Below are positions 42,012 through 55,875 of a DNA stretch of 64,000 nt, one piece after another (within the stretch, counting starts at the first letter, position 1; the number at the start of each line of letters is the position of its first letter). A model generated the notes under the pieces. It was not told the origin of the DNA, did not search any database, and was given only the letters and a program-made list of their open reading frames with translations. A program made the position numbers and the translations under genes. This DNA is from Octopus sinensis (lineage: Eukaryota): assembly GCF_006345805.1 (NCBI RefSeq), contig NC_042997.1, positions 107,508,001-107,572,000 on the forward strand, read 5' to 3'.

Positions 42012-43545
42012 CTTCGTAACAGTGTAGGTAAAATGCACCGGAGTCTTTAATAATCTGTCAAGTCACAACAAGGACATCAGACAGATAATACTTTCCTTAA
42101 GATGTGGATGAGATTTCCAGTTGCCTTAAGAAGTTTTGAAGTTTCAATGGCATTGAAGTTTCAATGAGATCCGATCACCACTGGTATCACTTTTACATTA
42201 CCCTCTCGCATTCCATACAATCTTGCCATTTCCACTTTCAATTCGGAGTACTTGTTTTTTTTTTTTCAACCTCTTTACTCACAACATTCATGTCATTTGG
42301 TATGGCTACATCAATGATCTGACACTATTTGTTTCTCTTATTCAATATGACAATATCCGGCCGACAATGTTCGATTACACGATCCGTCTGAAAATCATAG
42401 TCCCAGAGTGTCGTTACTTTTCCATCCTCCTGCAAACCTTTACTTGGTACATGCTTATACTAGTTCTCTGTTACTTCATATTGGTATTTACATCATAAGA
42501 GCCAACGAAGATACACACACATTTTATCGTGGCGGCGCTTGTATTCTTTTTGTGCAAGGCTCTCGCATCCACTTACCAAGTGGGTCACATTCTGCATTTC
42601 TGGGTGTCAGAAGTTTTATAGATGTTATTCTTCACTGAATTGGTAGCGAGAGCCTAATCTTGTGCAGCAATGATCAGGCTTTCAGTGGTACGCTTCAAAT
42701 CACATCGCTCAAGCCGTGCCCACGATGCTGTATTATCCTTAACGTCTTGTGTATTCCTTTAAAACTGTCCATGCATTCTCATTTCAAGAAGGTCTTCCTT
42801 CCTCTTCTCCCCAGCTCTTTGGTTAAACTCTTCCTTGCCTATAATTTCATCTGCATTTACACCCATATCTTTCGCAGCATATTGCAGCAGGTCTTCATCA
42901 CTATTTATCAAATACTCGGCAAGCGTTCTCCTTTCACTCTTTATACAATGGTCTATACTAATTAGTCCTCTGCAATCATTCTTTCTTTTCATATACAGTC
43001 TGTTTACGTTTGCTTTAGAGTGTAGCGCTCCACGCAGCGTCATCAACTTTCTCGTCCTTCTGTCCAGTGTTGATATTTCCTTCTTAGTTCATATGAGGAT
43101 GGACGCACTATATCAGACCACCGCAACTGCTCAGATATTCATTACGGTAATCAAAGTTTTGGCATTCAGGTTGGATTTCAGCACCATCTTCGTTTTTGAT
43201 ACACCTCGCTGATTTTGATTTTCATTTATCTGTGTAGAATGTCATCCAGCTTCAAAATCCCTAAATATCTATACCCACTACCGTCGGGCTCACCTGTCGG
43301 GCTTACTCCTTATGGTAACCACAATCCTCTGCAAGCTGCTTTCTTCCTTTTTTTCATATTAAGCACTGAGCATTTAGCAATTCCAAATTCCATACCGATG
43401 CCCCTACCACACTTCTGGACTGTTTTGGTTAAGGACTCTATCTGTTTTTCAGATTTCCCAAACAATTTCAGGTCATCCATAAACAGAAGATGGTTCAATG
43501 ATGGGCCTTTCGTCCCACATCGATAACCCATCTTAACTTTCTTTA
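42011..43545 (-). mobile_element. R4/Dong family F, 5'-truncated and degenerate
   Basis: LNHLLFMDDLKLFGK, ALHSKANVNRLY...GLISIDHC, RPDIVILN. (TTA)n on both sides. Confidence 0.85.
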
Positions 43546-43560
43546 ATAATTATTATTATT

Positions 43561-43971
43561 ATTTACTCTTTTACTCTTTTACTTGTTTCAGTCATTTGAC
43601 TGTGGCCATGCTGGAGCACCGCGTTTAGTCGAGCAAATCGACCCCAGGACTTATTCTTTGTAAGCCTAGTACTTATTCTATCGGTCTCTTTTGCCGAACC
43701 GCTAAGTCACGGGGACGTAAACACACCACCATCGGTTGTCAAGCGATGTTGGGGGGACAAACACAGACACAAACATATACACACACATACATATATATAT
43801 ATATATACGACAGGCTTCCTTCAGTTTCCGTCTACCAAATCCACTCACAAGGCTTTGGTCGGCCCGAGGCAATAGTAGAAGACACTTGCCCAAGGTGCCA
43901 CGCAGTGGGAATGAACCTGGAACTATGTGGTTGGTAAGCAAGCTACTTACCACACAGCCACTCCTGCGCCT
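43561..43971 (-). mobile_element. tRNA/CORE-type composite SINE with an internal microsatellite
   Basis: tRNA-like head, CORE-like ACCTTGGGCAAGTGTCTT, and 3' tail GACTGAAACAAGTAAAAGAG (also at about 25085-25135). The head half recurs at 58913-59079. Confidence 0.8.
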
Positions 43972-45354
43972 ATTATTGTTTTTTTTTTTTTTATAAGCCC
44001 TTCTGCTCGGCGCTAATCCCATTCCGTCCGAGGTTAATTAATTAAGTGACGTTGACATCCGCTTTCAATGGTTGCAATATTTTTTCTTGTTTGTTGACAT
44101 TTGAAGGATTTATGGTTTTGCAATTTGTTCTTCAACGGAAGTCACATGACTGAAATAAAGAGACTTATAGCTAATCGATTTAACTGATTCTGCTAAATAA
44201 GTTGAGGATAATTGATCACTTGTGAAGATAGTCAAACCCCGACACTAACCCCAACTAACCTCACAATATAACGAAGTCTTGTTCAAGGACGGTGATAGTT
44301 TTTTTATATGATCGAAAACTTGTGACTATAATGTCCAGTGGCGTCACGATCAGCTGACAACACCAAAACAAGCGTCCATACATTGACTAAAGAAATTCTA
44401 GTGACCCCATGGTTAGTTTTAGTGACCTAGAAGTTGACTTTGCTGAGATTTAAACTAACAATGTAAAGCTATTCTTGTTATATGATACTAAGGAATCGAT
44501 AAGATATTGCTTGCTTTATGTACACCCTAACCAAGAGACGAATCCAGCTCAGTTTATGTTCCAGCCACCTTCACTCACATCGTAGGGGACTGAGTCGATG
44601 AGCGATAACTTTCTGCTGACTCCTGACAAAAATTACATATCACACATCACAGCGTTAAATCCCCGACTCAGACGACATACAACAAATGACCCCAATATCT
44701 GTCCTGTTTTAATCCACATCTCATTAGGTTGCTGTTTTTTATTGGAACGTTCGGCAAGTATTTACTTTTTAAAGTGTGGATATTTTCTGGTTCTGGCGTG
44801 CTTTTGTTATGGCCGTCACAACAATTCCTCCTTTATTTAGCTTTGTGGACGATTTTAACGACAAAGTAATATTTAATGGAAAGGTAGTATCTTGAAGATA
44901 TTTTTGGTCAGCTACTGATGATAAGAATGACATCTACACTATTATGGCACATTCGACACTTTCTATTACAGCAGAGAAGTTAAGACGCATCCTGGTCTCT
45001 CTTCTTGATCAGCTAGTTAGTAGCTATCTGTTCTTGGATAGCAAAGGTGTAACTATTTAGGCGATGTGTGATGTATTTATCCTAGGCCCAGAAGTAGCTA
45101 CTATTCCTATCAATGTTGTTGGTAATCTCTAACTTAACGGATATCTATCCATGCATAACTTTCTGTTGGCTCGATTTTGCCTCCAAATCTCTATTTAAGT
45201 AGGTTAAACCAACTACTCTTGGTTCTTATGAAAACCTGTATACTCAGAGTACTTGTTCAGGAGTACTTTGTCTAATCTCATGGAGTCATTCTTTCCGCTA
45301 TTAAGTATATACGTGATGTACTGACTTCTCCCTTAACTATATATATATAAATAC

Positions 45355-45466
<112 letters not shown>

Positions 45467-45493
45467 ATATATATATTTATTTTATAGAAGGAG

Positions 45494-45540
45494 CTTCTAC
45501 AGGACTAGAACTGTTTCATTCAAAAGAAATCATCAGGAAG
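45494..45540 (-). ncRNA. Hammerhead-like motif, left arm of the palindrome
   Basis: CTTC-CTGATGA-t-TTC(tttt)GAA-t-GAAA-CAG(ttctagtc)CT-GTA-GAAG. Confidence 0.65.
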
Positions 45541-45606
45541 AGCTTCCTGATGATTTCTTCCTGATGATTTCTTTTGAATGAAACAGTTCTAGTCCTGTAG
45601 AAGCTC
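45540..45606 (+). ncRNA. Hammerhead-like motif, canonical CUGAUGA core (core duplicated)
   Basis: GAGCTTC-CTGATGA-[tttcttcCTGATGA]-tttcttttgaat-GAAA-CAG(ttctagtc)CT-GTA-GAAGCTC; 7-bp stem I with the first core, 4-bp stem III. Confidence 0.7.
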
Positions 45607-47509
45607 CTTCTATAAAATAAATTGATTTACTCTGCTATGTATTGAGTACCTTATTTACTGTGGTTAACCCCGACTCAACCCGGGACATACGTGTTGATTT
45701 TTGCGGGCTGCGGTTGAACATTTCCTGCACTGGTGCCTCGTTCTCCGCTGATCGGGGTGTGAGTGGGGCGGCCATTTCTTCTCGCATCGCTCACAGAGCC
45801 CGTGGTCATTAGCTTTGCAGGACAACTCTTTATTGTCTCCGGACGTTTGTTTTGTGTTGCATGCTTACCTTTCCATGCACACCACCTGCTACTATCTTAG
45901 CTCGCTCCTGAACATTCAAGCGAATGGCCATCGGGAAAATAAGAAATAAGAAAATAAAAATCCCCATCAGTGTTGATTTTTCAAAAAAATGTTTTCGTCA
46001 TGACTTCCGTGATACTAAAAATTCTATAAGCAATTTCTAATGCCTACTTACTTTCCACCCACCCAGTATATATATATTCACACTCACATATGCATAGATG
46101 TATATAAATATCTCTCTATATAGATATATATATATACGGGGGCGTAATACACATATTCACACACACACACACACATGGTATTGTTAAAATGCTTTTTGAT
46201 GCTGCTGCATTGCATGACAAGCTGTATTTTTGTCTGTGTTAATTCATCTGGATTAATTATGATGATGTTAATTCAAATGGATTAATTATGCTGATGTATT
46301 ATCGTCTGTCTGTAATGAGATAGAGAGATAGAGAGCGAGGAGATTAACACAGATCAGCTGCTGATGCAAACAACAGAAGCTCGTTATTTGGTTTTGTTTG
46401 GATGTGACGATGTTTGCTGAGCAAATAAATCGCAGTTTGTGTTGTTTATCGACACCCAATAATCGCCATCAATTTTAAAAGCGAAATTGGTGACATATTC
46501 CAGAAGATATTTTCGATATTTGCTGTGTTTTTTGTTTTTACTTTTTAATCAGAAGGGAAGGCAGTATTCTTGACCTTTCACGGGTCCTCTGGGTTTGATC
46601 CGAATGCTTGCCACGGAATATGCTCCTCTAAAGGAACCCAAAGTGTCACAAAGTAATGTTAAACTAGGCTGCAAATTAAGTCAACCATTTAAGTAAGCCA
46701 TGGCAGGATTTGAGCTCGGAACGAAGAGATGTGGAGCAAATATCGTCGTTTTTGTTTTTTACAGTTGCACCAATCCATTGCCCTAATCGGCAGAATTTGA
46801 ACTTAAAGAGCCGAGTATTAAAATATGTAACACGAGACATTATCCGACAAATAAAATTCGATGCTCATTTATATAAAAGTACTTAATTTTGCTGGGTTTT
46901 TTTTCCATTTGATTTGGTCTCAAATGACTGTTTAGTATCGCAACAATCTATAAAAGTCGCATAAGTATATAATAAAGTGATTTCTTTATTTGGAAAACAA
47001 TTCCAAGAAGTTTTCGTTATTTCTAGTCGAAACAGAAACGCGTTTTCTGAAAACATGAATAGTGAAAAAACCCCCAAAAAACCCAGACATCGGAGGGGTG
47101 ATGCATACCCTGCGCTCACACAAGGATAAAATATAATTTCATCTGATAAATATATTCTCAGACGAATTCATATTTCAACAAAATGGCACCAAGAGTTAAA
47201 GCCCTGCTTATCAGTTATGCATATATAAATAAATAAAAAAAAAAAACATTTTGATTTACCCGTCTGCCAGTTTTGAAGATAATTAAACCAAAATAATGGG
47301 ATCTTTTCCGTTTGAACAGCAGATCGAGAAATTCATTTTTTGTAACTAAACACTTTCAAACTTCGGACACTGGTAGAATGTGTCATATAAAACATCTTTT
47401 ACTCTTAGCGTTTTTGAGAAAAGTTTATATTTACGAAGTTATTTCGTGTTAAAGTTGTCGTGTTTCGGTAACTGATTATAATTGATGGCGAGTTCAGAAG
47501 AACAAAAAC

Positions 47510-47576
<67 letters not shown>

Positions 47577-48129
47577 TTAGTAGCAGTAGCAGCAGTAGTA
47601 GTAGTAGTAGTGGTAGTAGTAGTAGTAGTAGTAGTAGTAATCGTTGTCGTCGTAGTGGTAGTTGTGGAGGGGGTAGGAGGAGAAGCAGATACAACAGTAG
47701 TAGGGGAGAAGGGAAAGAGGGTAAGAGGAAAAGGAAGAGCGACGGAGAAAGGGGCCAGTAGATTTTGAGAGAGTAGGGAGACAGGTTGCAGCAGTTGTCT
47801 TTGTAGGTTGTATTAAAACTGTTTCCATGAATCGAATGATCCCTTCTGGAGGTCGCAGTTATTTGTGTTGATGGCAGCTACACCATCCAAGGTGAATGAG
47901 CAATATTTGTGGCTGGAAGTTTAGTAACAGTTGAAAAGTAAAGTGTATTGTCCTCCTGGAGAAGAGCCCCCCCCCCGCTCCCGAGGTAACTGAATCTAAT
48001 AAAACTGGAGTCATTCATAGATGAAGAAATCTGACAATAAATTCCTGAGAGAGAGGCATCGTCTACTTTAACATGAGACATCTTATGGCGGACTTTTACT
48101 GGTCTAATAATGAGCAACGGACATTGGAA

Positions 48130-48790
48130 ACAACCTCCATCCAGAATATAACAACATAGTCACCTAACACAGTGTCGCTGTATAAGGAAACACCTTCAAT
48201 AATAAATATATATTTTTTAATTATAAGCCACAGACTACTCAGTCCATTACACACTTTCTATTGGATCTCAGCTTATAACGATCTTCCAGGGCGACCATAC
48301 GCCTGGAACCTAATTAAACCCACATTTCAAATGTTAGAATTTCTCTTCGATACTACAAAATATTTCAATCATAACCAGTTGCTGGCACTCTACAAGTGTC
48401 ACTCACATAATATGAGTAAGGCTCATAGTTTTGAAACGGAGTTGCTACTCCTTATTTAAGCAATTTAAAGCGCATCAACTAAAAATGCCATTAGTTCACC
48501 AGCCAATCTTCACTCGCCAACAAACATTAACCTACAGATGCACTGTGCTGTACATCTTCTTCCGCTACCATAACGACTTCTATACACACCTGAACTGCTA
48601 AACTGTGCCCCAGCTCTGATCGAAATCTGACTGATGACACCAAAATCACATTTAGATTCAACTAGAACCACTCCAGAGAAATCTGAACCAGGGCATGTTA
48701 GACAAGGAAGTGAGTCGGCAAAACAATTAGAATGACGAGCAAAATGCATTAAAGATTTTAGTTTCAACATTTGACATTCTAAGTTCAAAT
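48130..48790 (+). mobile_element. CR1/L2-type LINE 3' relic (tentative)
   Basis: Degenerate frame resembling the RT C-terminus (...FNHNQLLALYK...). Confidence 0.4.
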
Positions 48791-49552
48791 CGTCCCGGGT
48801 TCAACTTTGTTCTCTTTTATATGCTGGAGGGATTCAAAGCCTTAAACGTCTCTTCACGCCATGCTTTGTATGTTGTGGAACGGAATAATTTTCTTTTTTA
48901 TCGTAAATATTTCTATTTTCAGTACCTAGTATTAATGAAAGCATTTATTCAGTTCATCTCCCTAATTTAACTGGTTTATGTCATTATTGATCTCATAAAA
49001 AAATTTGATTGATTTTTTTCCCCTATTAATTTCGTTTGCTAATTTCATTCTCATTCAAATCTCAGTGTGACATTTACATTAAATAAAACTGTTCTCCGTT
49101 GATTATTGAATTATTTATCAGTGTTTCTAGCCATTAGTACTTCATTACTTTAGCTTATCACAACGACTAATGAACAATCAGGAAATATATCTCAAGTGTT
49201 TACATTCTTCAGCACCCAATCCCTCCTCACTCACTCCCCACCCCACTTCTCCAATGTCTGATTAATGTCTTCCAACGGTTTTATAAGCGTTTCTCTTGCT
49301 TTTCATTATCAGTTATTTGCTGATATGAAAAAAACTAATGTTGTTAGAAAACGAATTAGTTTTATAGGTAGCGAATTAGTTGAGTCTTTGGAGTATTGGC
49401 GAGAATACCTTGTGATATTTGTTACGGTTTTCCTTGCACTAAGTTCAAATCCCATCGAAGTCATTGTCCTTTTGGGGTCAATACCAATTAACTACTGAGG
49501 CCGATTTCTTCTTCTTCTTCTTCTTCTCTCACGCTGTGTGCGTGTATGTGTG

Positions 49553-49585
<33 letters not shown>

Positions 49586-50094
49586 GATAATATAAATAAT
49601 ATATAAATATATGCATATATACATACATTAGGCCTTGAAGGACTCGAGTCGTGAGAGGCTATTCATAACGTTCCTTTCTTTAGAAATCGTTGGGTGTGTT
49701 GAACGAGGCGGAGGTGCGGAAGCCAGTAATCTGTTCTCATAGTAAAATCGTTGACAATGGAATTGATGTCATTCAAAGATGGTACCAGGTGCAGCACAGT
49801 ATGCAGCAGATACAAAGAAAGAAGAATTAGTTTCTGTAAACAAACCATTTTTAATGAGGCGAACATTTTGTGTTTTGCAAATAATCATCTCAGCGTGTGT
49901 CCCCTCTCACAGTCTGACAGCGGCAGCAGGTATCTTGAAGTGGTTGCCAGCTTGTTTAATATTGATAGCATCGTTACTATAGCTATCAGATGTTCAGTCA
50001 CAATGAACTAGCTTTATGTAAATTGATTATTTATAAATGAGAAAAACAATTTGTCTTGTCACTAAAATATTTACTTTCTTATCTTTTTTCCTAG

Positions 50095-50151
50095 ACATGG
50101 AAGGCATTTGATTGTGACCATAGCGGTTATATAGAGGCTGATGAACTGAAG
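50095..50151 (+). CDS. Cbp53E: Calbindin-32-like exon (EF-hand 3)
   Basis: ttttcctag/...aag/GTAAGA; TWKAFDCDHSGYIEADELK; 57 nt, phase 0-0. Confidence 0.95.
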
Positions 50152-51523
50152 GTAAGAAATGGTGCCACACAACTTGAATTCGTAGCTAAGTGTAGGTTAG
50201 AATACTGGAAAACTATTAGTTTTGTTGTACTGGCTGTTATTTCATCTTAGTCAAAACAATTAGTTTTCATACATTTTTGCGTAGTCTTGAATGCAGATGA
50301 TTACATCAATGTCGATAAATACCCATATATCTTGTTTAGAAGTATGTTTTTTTTTTTTATATTTCATTTTAGAAATATGTAATGTATCATAAACAAGACG
50401 TTGCTAATGGAATATAGATGGCATTTTGAAGAATTACATGAGGCAGAAATCGTTCTGGAGATGATATATTCATTGAAATATAAAGCTAAAATGATTCATA
50501 AAAAAATTTAAACCATACTTTTATTTTGAGAGATCAGATATGCCGGGAGAAATATTCAAGTATTGTAAAGAACCGACATCAGAGTAAAGAGACATTTATA
50601 AACTGCATTCAACAAACTTCTAATTTGCTTCCTTTTCTAACAGAAAACACCGTAATTTGATGTAAGCGCTGACTCTGCGAAACGGTTTTGATTTTCGCTT
50701 GTGGCTTTCTTACTTCGCAAACATTGCTATGATCTCTGAGGACACCATGTGCGTCACAACTGTCATCTCTCTTTCTCTCTCTCTCTTCTTTCCTCTCTCC
50801 TTTATTAAAACAATTTGTTTTAAGGAGTTGTAAAGCCACGTTGTATTTCAATCGTTCTCTCTCTATCTCCGTATGTTCTAATGAACACTTTAAGGCGGTG
50901 AAGTGATAGAATAGTTAGAATATCGTATAAAATACCTTGCAGCATCTCTTCTTCTTCTTCTTCTTCTTCTTCTTCTTCTTCTTCTTCTTCTCGGCACTTC
51001 GACTTCAAATACCACCGAGGTTATTTTCGTCTTTCATCTTTTCAGGATTACTAAATAAATTTCAAGTACTAAAGTTGGGCCCTCTTTCTTAATTGTAACT
51101 CAAAAACCCGGCAGCGTCCCATTGTCACATTGATTCGGTTTACTCAGCCACTTACATATTAATTTCTCAGTTAAGAATTTAGAAGGTCGAGCAACCGAAT
51201 GCTCGTCGTCGAAACTGACAGAGAACTCCGCAACCATGCACTCTTGATTCTTGCATTTTAAATTTTCCCTTATAAAATGTTTTAAACTTATATTTGTAAG
51301 GGCATCGATACTCAATTTGCTGGGATGCCAACAGGCTGAGGGCTGATGAAAATAAAAATTGTTTACTACACTGGTGTAATACAAAAAAGATAGCCGAGGT
51401 ACTTCCATTGTTGTTCTCGGGGTTCGCAACAGGACTACTAAAAATGTTCACTTCTTCAATCTTATGATTTGTTACAAATTTTCTGCACACTTCCTGCAGA
51501 GATCGATACAAAAGATTTGTATC

Positions 51524-51765
51524 GAAATACCTATTTCTTTACTACCTACAAGGGGCTAAACACATAGGAGGCAAACAAGGACAGACAGACGGATTAAGTC
51601 GAATATATCGACCCCAGTGCGTAACTGGTACTTAATTTATCGACCCCGAAAGGATGAAAGGCAAAGTCGACCTCGGCGGAATTTGAATTCAGAACGTAGC
51701 GGCAGACGAAATACCACTAAGCATTTCGCCCGGCGTGCTAAAGTTTCTGCTAACTCACCGCCTTA
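51524..51765 (-). mobile_element. SINE, same family as 10466-10683, full-length-like
   Basis: Near reverse complement of 61431-61668. Confidence 0.85.
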
Positions 51766-52199
51766 AAGATGCAAAAATATTAGAAAAGATAGAGTAACAT
51801 CTGTGCAAAATAAAGTTTGCTCTTCAAATCTCAAACAGTGTAGTTAAATATGGTCGTCCGTTGCAATATTCTTTCATTGATTGTTTTCCCCACCTTTAAT
51901 TCCTTGCAGCTGTGTATCGATTTCTTGATAATTTTTATATTCCCCATAATGCATGGTTACACTTCAAATAAAATAAAATAAAATATAATAAAATAATATT
52001 TTTGTATCGATAAAACATGGAAAGGACAACAATTGTTGGATAAGCTGTGAGAACTTATTGACCCCGAAATATTGATTCTGACCATAAAATGGGGTACATT
52101 TATGGGTGGTTCTTTGCTTGCAAGGTTTTGGTCAATAAATAAGTAGATATCGTATATATTCAAAAATTAAGTCGACAAGTGGTGGTTGTGGTGGGGGAG

Positions 52200-52432
52200 A
52201 CACAAGGGAGAAATTGCAGTTGGATGACTTAACGTAGGGGTTAGGGCAGGGTCTGAGAGTAAACATAATATGGGTGTCGAGGGGAAGAGGTGGGCGAGGA
52301 TATATAACCAGAAGTGTCCGAGCAGAGATAGCATGGCTTATGCCAGCTCTGAGGAGAAGGGGTCACTCAGCGACTTCATCCTGGTTAATCAGTCAATTGT
52401 CTTCCTATGGAGGCGATCAAGGATATCTATGT

Positions 52433-52481
<49 letters not shown>

Positions 52482-53700
52482 CAGCAGCAGCAGCAACAAC
52501 AGCAGTAGTAGAAACTGTTTCAAATTAGAGAGCAATATTCCATTGTAGGTTAACTTAGAAAATTAGTTGTTGATGGGGGCTGGAGTATTTTTTTTTAGCT
52601 TGATTAGGAAGGTCGGCTATGTTGAGGAGGCACATGGTCTCCAGGAGAGATCCTTAATAGTGGTGAAATCTAGCATTTGTAGCGACCTTAACGGTTCTAG
52701 TTGTGTGCTCGTCACGCTTAGTGATAAGGTTTGTTATCCATTTCTTGATATATGTAATGTTTGTGTCTTTGTACAAGTGAAAGAGATAATATCGGCACGG
52801 CACCATTGGGGTGGGGGTCTCTGATCACAGAATCAGTGCGGTTTGGCGTGACGTGTGTCTATATTGCAAGTGGGTGACCCTAAGGAGCGAAATCCTGGGA
52901 AGGAATAAAATGTAATATTATGTGTGGAAGAGTGAGAATTGATGTTGAGGATGGTTATGACAAGAAAGTCATTGATGGCGGCGAGAGAAAGAGAATGGAA
53001 TAATAAACCGAAGATTAAGACACACCAGAGTTGATATTACGTGTATTAGAAAGAGTTCTATTTGCAGCGGCCTGGATAATCTGATCAAATATTGTCTATT
53101 TAGGAATGAAGCCCATAGGTTTTGCTCGAAGATTCACAGGCAAGACACGGTCGATCGCTTTGCTAATAACGAGCATAACAATATTGTTTTCATAAAATTT
53201 CTCACTGCGAGGGCCCTCTACTGTATAATATTGGAGGATTTCTAATAGATGTGGTTTTAAGAAAGCCTTACTGGTGGCCATTGAAGAAGGAAGGAGATTC
53301 AAGATCTAGAAGATTGTAAGTTATGTTCATCTACATCACCTATGAGATATTTGAGATAAGTGAGATACGACAATGGCTGCCCTTTTTGAAGAGATCTTTT
53401 CTTTTGAGGACTGGGACATGTGACGCTTTTCCATAGGTTGAGATATATTGCTTGCAAGGATAGAGATAGAAAGAGAGAGAGAGGCGGGGAATTGATTAGG
53501 ACGGAGGTTATCTTTGAGACGCAACTGGGGACAGAGAAAGAGAACCACCTGCGCAGTTCCAGGTGATGAGCTTTTCGGGGTAAAAAAGGATAGTTTTGAT
53601 GAAAGTTTACATAGTGTGTGAAGTGTAGAGTTGGATGCCAAACGGACAACGAATATGGAGGCTTTCTTCTAAAGCCACGAGAGTTTAGAAGTAGAGAGCA
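52200..53700 (-). mobile_element. Degenerate Penelope-like relic (tentative)
   Basis: FTPKS-containing N-terminal-like segment and other broken frames; no clean catalytic motif was read. Confidence 0.35.
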
Positions 53701-54558
53701 GTTTTAGAGCTTTCCTCATTGCATTACTCTTGAAAGGGATGTAAAGCGTTCGATTGAAGCCTTACCCACTTGAAAGTAGAAAGAGACTCATCTCAACTGT
53801 TTCTTTCTGATTTACCATGCCCATCACAAACAAGACAATATAAAAGTGAAACAGTGTGTTAGTGAATGGGCAATTACAGAAGATTGTAGATTTTTGCAGC
53901 AAATGAAGAGATGTCCATAACAGAGTCTGGACTTTTCATACCTAGTTTCTTTAATTTTAAGTTGTGGTTTTATTCTTATTTATGTAAACGAGTCTGCGGA
54001 GAGTGGTGATGGGCAGAGATCGAGATGTTTACAAGACTTTCTACACTGGTGAGAATAATGCGGCCAAAACCCAGTTTGATTATCAGCGGGGAAAAAGTTT
54101 GCTTTTGACTGGGATGGGACTCGAATCTCAATACTTAGAACATAGCAAACGCAACTAAAGACGACCTACAGCCAAGAGCTTGAGTTAAACTGAGCAGCGT
54201 GTTGTGTGTCTGCCGCACGAAGATGTAGTCTTGTGCTACTTGTTTATATTTTCATAAATAGTTAATGGTTCTTTATGAATGACACCATTCATTACCAATG
54301 GAAAAATACTGTGTATATGCATCTCGGCCAGAAGGCTTAGAGGCATCGTCTTTTCATATCTTGACTCTTTAAAACATCTGATGGAATAATGTTGCAAATC
54401 TATAAATAATGATAATTATATTTCTATACAAAAGCTAATTAATTCCATTATTGTTCATTATTGTTATTGTCGTTATCATTACGAAAGAACATTAATAAAC
54501 GTCACCCAATGCTATTGTTTCATTTTCAACAACTGTTTATACTTATTGATTGCTTCAG

Positions 54559-54642
54559 AAATTTCTGCGTCACCTGCTGCAACAAGGCAACAGTGAAAAC
54601 GTTGTTACCGAAGACGAACTGATCACTTACGCTGATACAATT
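54559..54642 (+). CDS. Cbp53E: Calbindin-32-like exon
   Basis: tgcttcag/...att/GTAAGC; KFLRHLLQQGNSENVVTEDELITYADTI; 84 nt, phase 0-0. Confidence 0.92.
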
Positions 54643-55026
54643 GTAAGCTTTTCATTTTCTTATGACCCACTTCACCTTTCAATAAACCTTTCCTCACTGT
54701 TCTATCTCATGTTAACTTGGCCTCTCATCTTACAAAACCTTTCTGTTTAATGTGTCGTTTCTTCTATAGAAATCTCATTTTATTTCAGGGTCAGCCAAGA
54801 TTAAACGAAAAAACGTCTATTTATATCGTATTCTGCTTTTATTCTGTGGCTGTCGTAACGAGAAAAGTTTTTTTCTTATTAAGAAAAATGAAAGAGGTAG
54901 ATTAGAAAGTGAATTCTGTGGTCGGATTTCAAGTCTTGGTTAAATCAATTTCATTTCCACAGTTGATACAACTGAGAAAAGCATGAATTCTAAATTCCTG
55001 CTGTTTTAAAATAGAGAATATTTGAG

Positions 55027-55396
55027 ACTAGCAGTATCGCCCGGCGTTGCTCGGGTTTGTTTCGACCCTTTAGAATTGGAATTTTTGAAAAGTAAAAATT
55101 TTGCATTATGTAGCTTGTTATTCTCTTTAAGTGAACATTTTTCTGTTTGAAATACACCGAAAAATGGCGACACAGCAGTAAAAAAAATCGTAAAAAATAG
55201 GGATTTTCATAGAAAAAAAGCACCTTTTTGATGTAAATAATTTTTGGTGTTAATATGGTCCGATTTGAATTTTTTCTTCTTCGGAAGTAAGAGCAAGCCT
55301 TCTATCATACTCTCAGGGTCTCGGAGGAGATAGTGTTAGTTGAAAGCTACCAAACCTGCCATATACAGACAACTTCAGCTTTATATATAGAGAGAT
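55027..55396 (+). mobile_element. Non-autonomous Helitron/Helentron-like element
   Basis: 5' ACTAGCAG...CCCGGCGTTGCTCGGG hairpin and 3' CTTTATATATAGAGAGAT, resembling DINE-1/HINE-type ends. Confidence 0.5.
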
Positions 55397-55875
55397 TTGC
55401 CTGAAGAAACCAGCATTGAACTAGTTTTTTTTTTGTTTTTGACGTGAGCGCTCGTCGAGCAATTTATCAGATTCTGGTTAGCTTAGACCACGATGCAGTT
55501 TCCACTTTCGGTTGCAAGCATGTGACTTAGTTTACATCCTTAATTTTTTTGAAATAGCGTGAAACCCGCAACACAACATTTTCTTTCTTTTACAATCATA
55601 GCTCTTTATGTCTGATCAGAAGTAAGAAATGCCCTGGGTAGATTTTTAATGAAACATCAAGAAAAGTTTCCTCCGATTAGGGAGTGGCGAAGCCAGTTGA
55701 ATCGTACTCTGCCGCAAAATCAACAATTCTCTTCACATTCCTAAAAAACTGTCTTTTTTATTATTCATACTTTACTATCAACGGTATAATTCAGCTAGAC
55801 GTAAATTATTACCATGGCGTTAGTTTTTTTTTTTTTAAATCCTTCCATTTCAGTACTGGTCTCCATTTCAGTATT

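Larger units (their letters stand above)
45475..45622. repeat. Palindrome (66-bp arms) at a Penelope-like terminus
   Basis: ATTTATTTTATAGAAGGAGC...CAGGAAG mirrored by CTTCCTG...CTTCTATAAAATAAAT, with a 14-nt tandem duplication at the centre. Confidence 0.9.

Noticed and set aside
49906-49935. Possible 9- or 17-nt microexon before the EF3 exon
   Set aside because: Weak donor (GTATCT), no polypyrimidine tract, and not needed for homology to Cbp53E.
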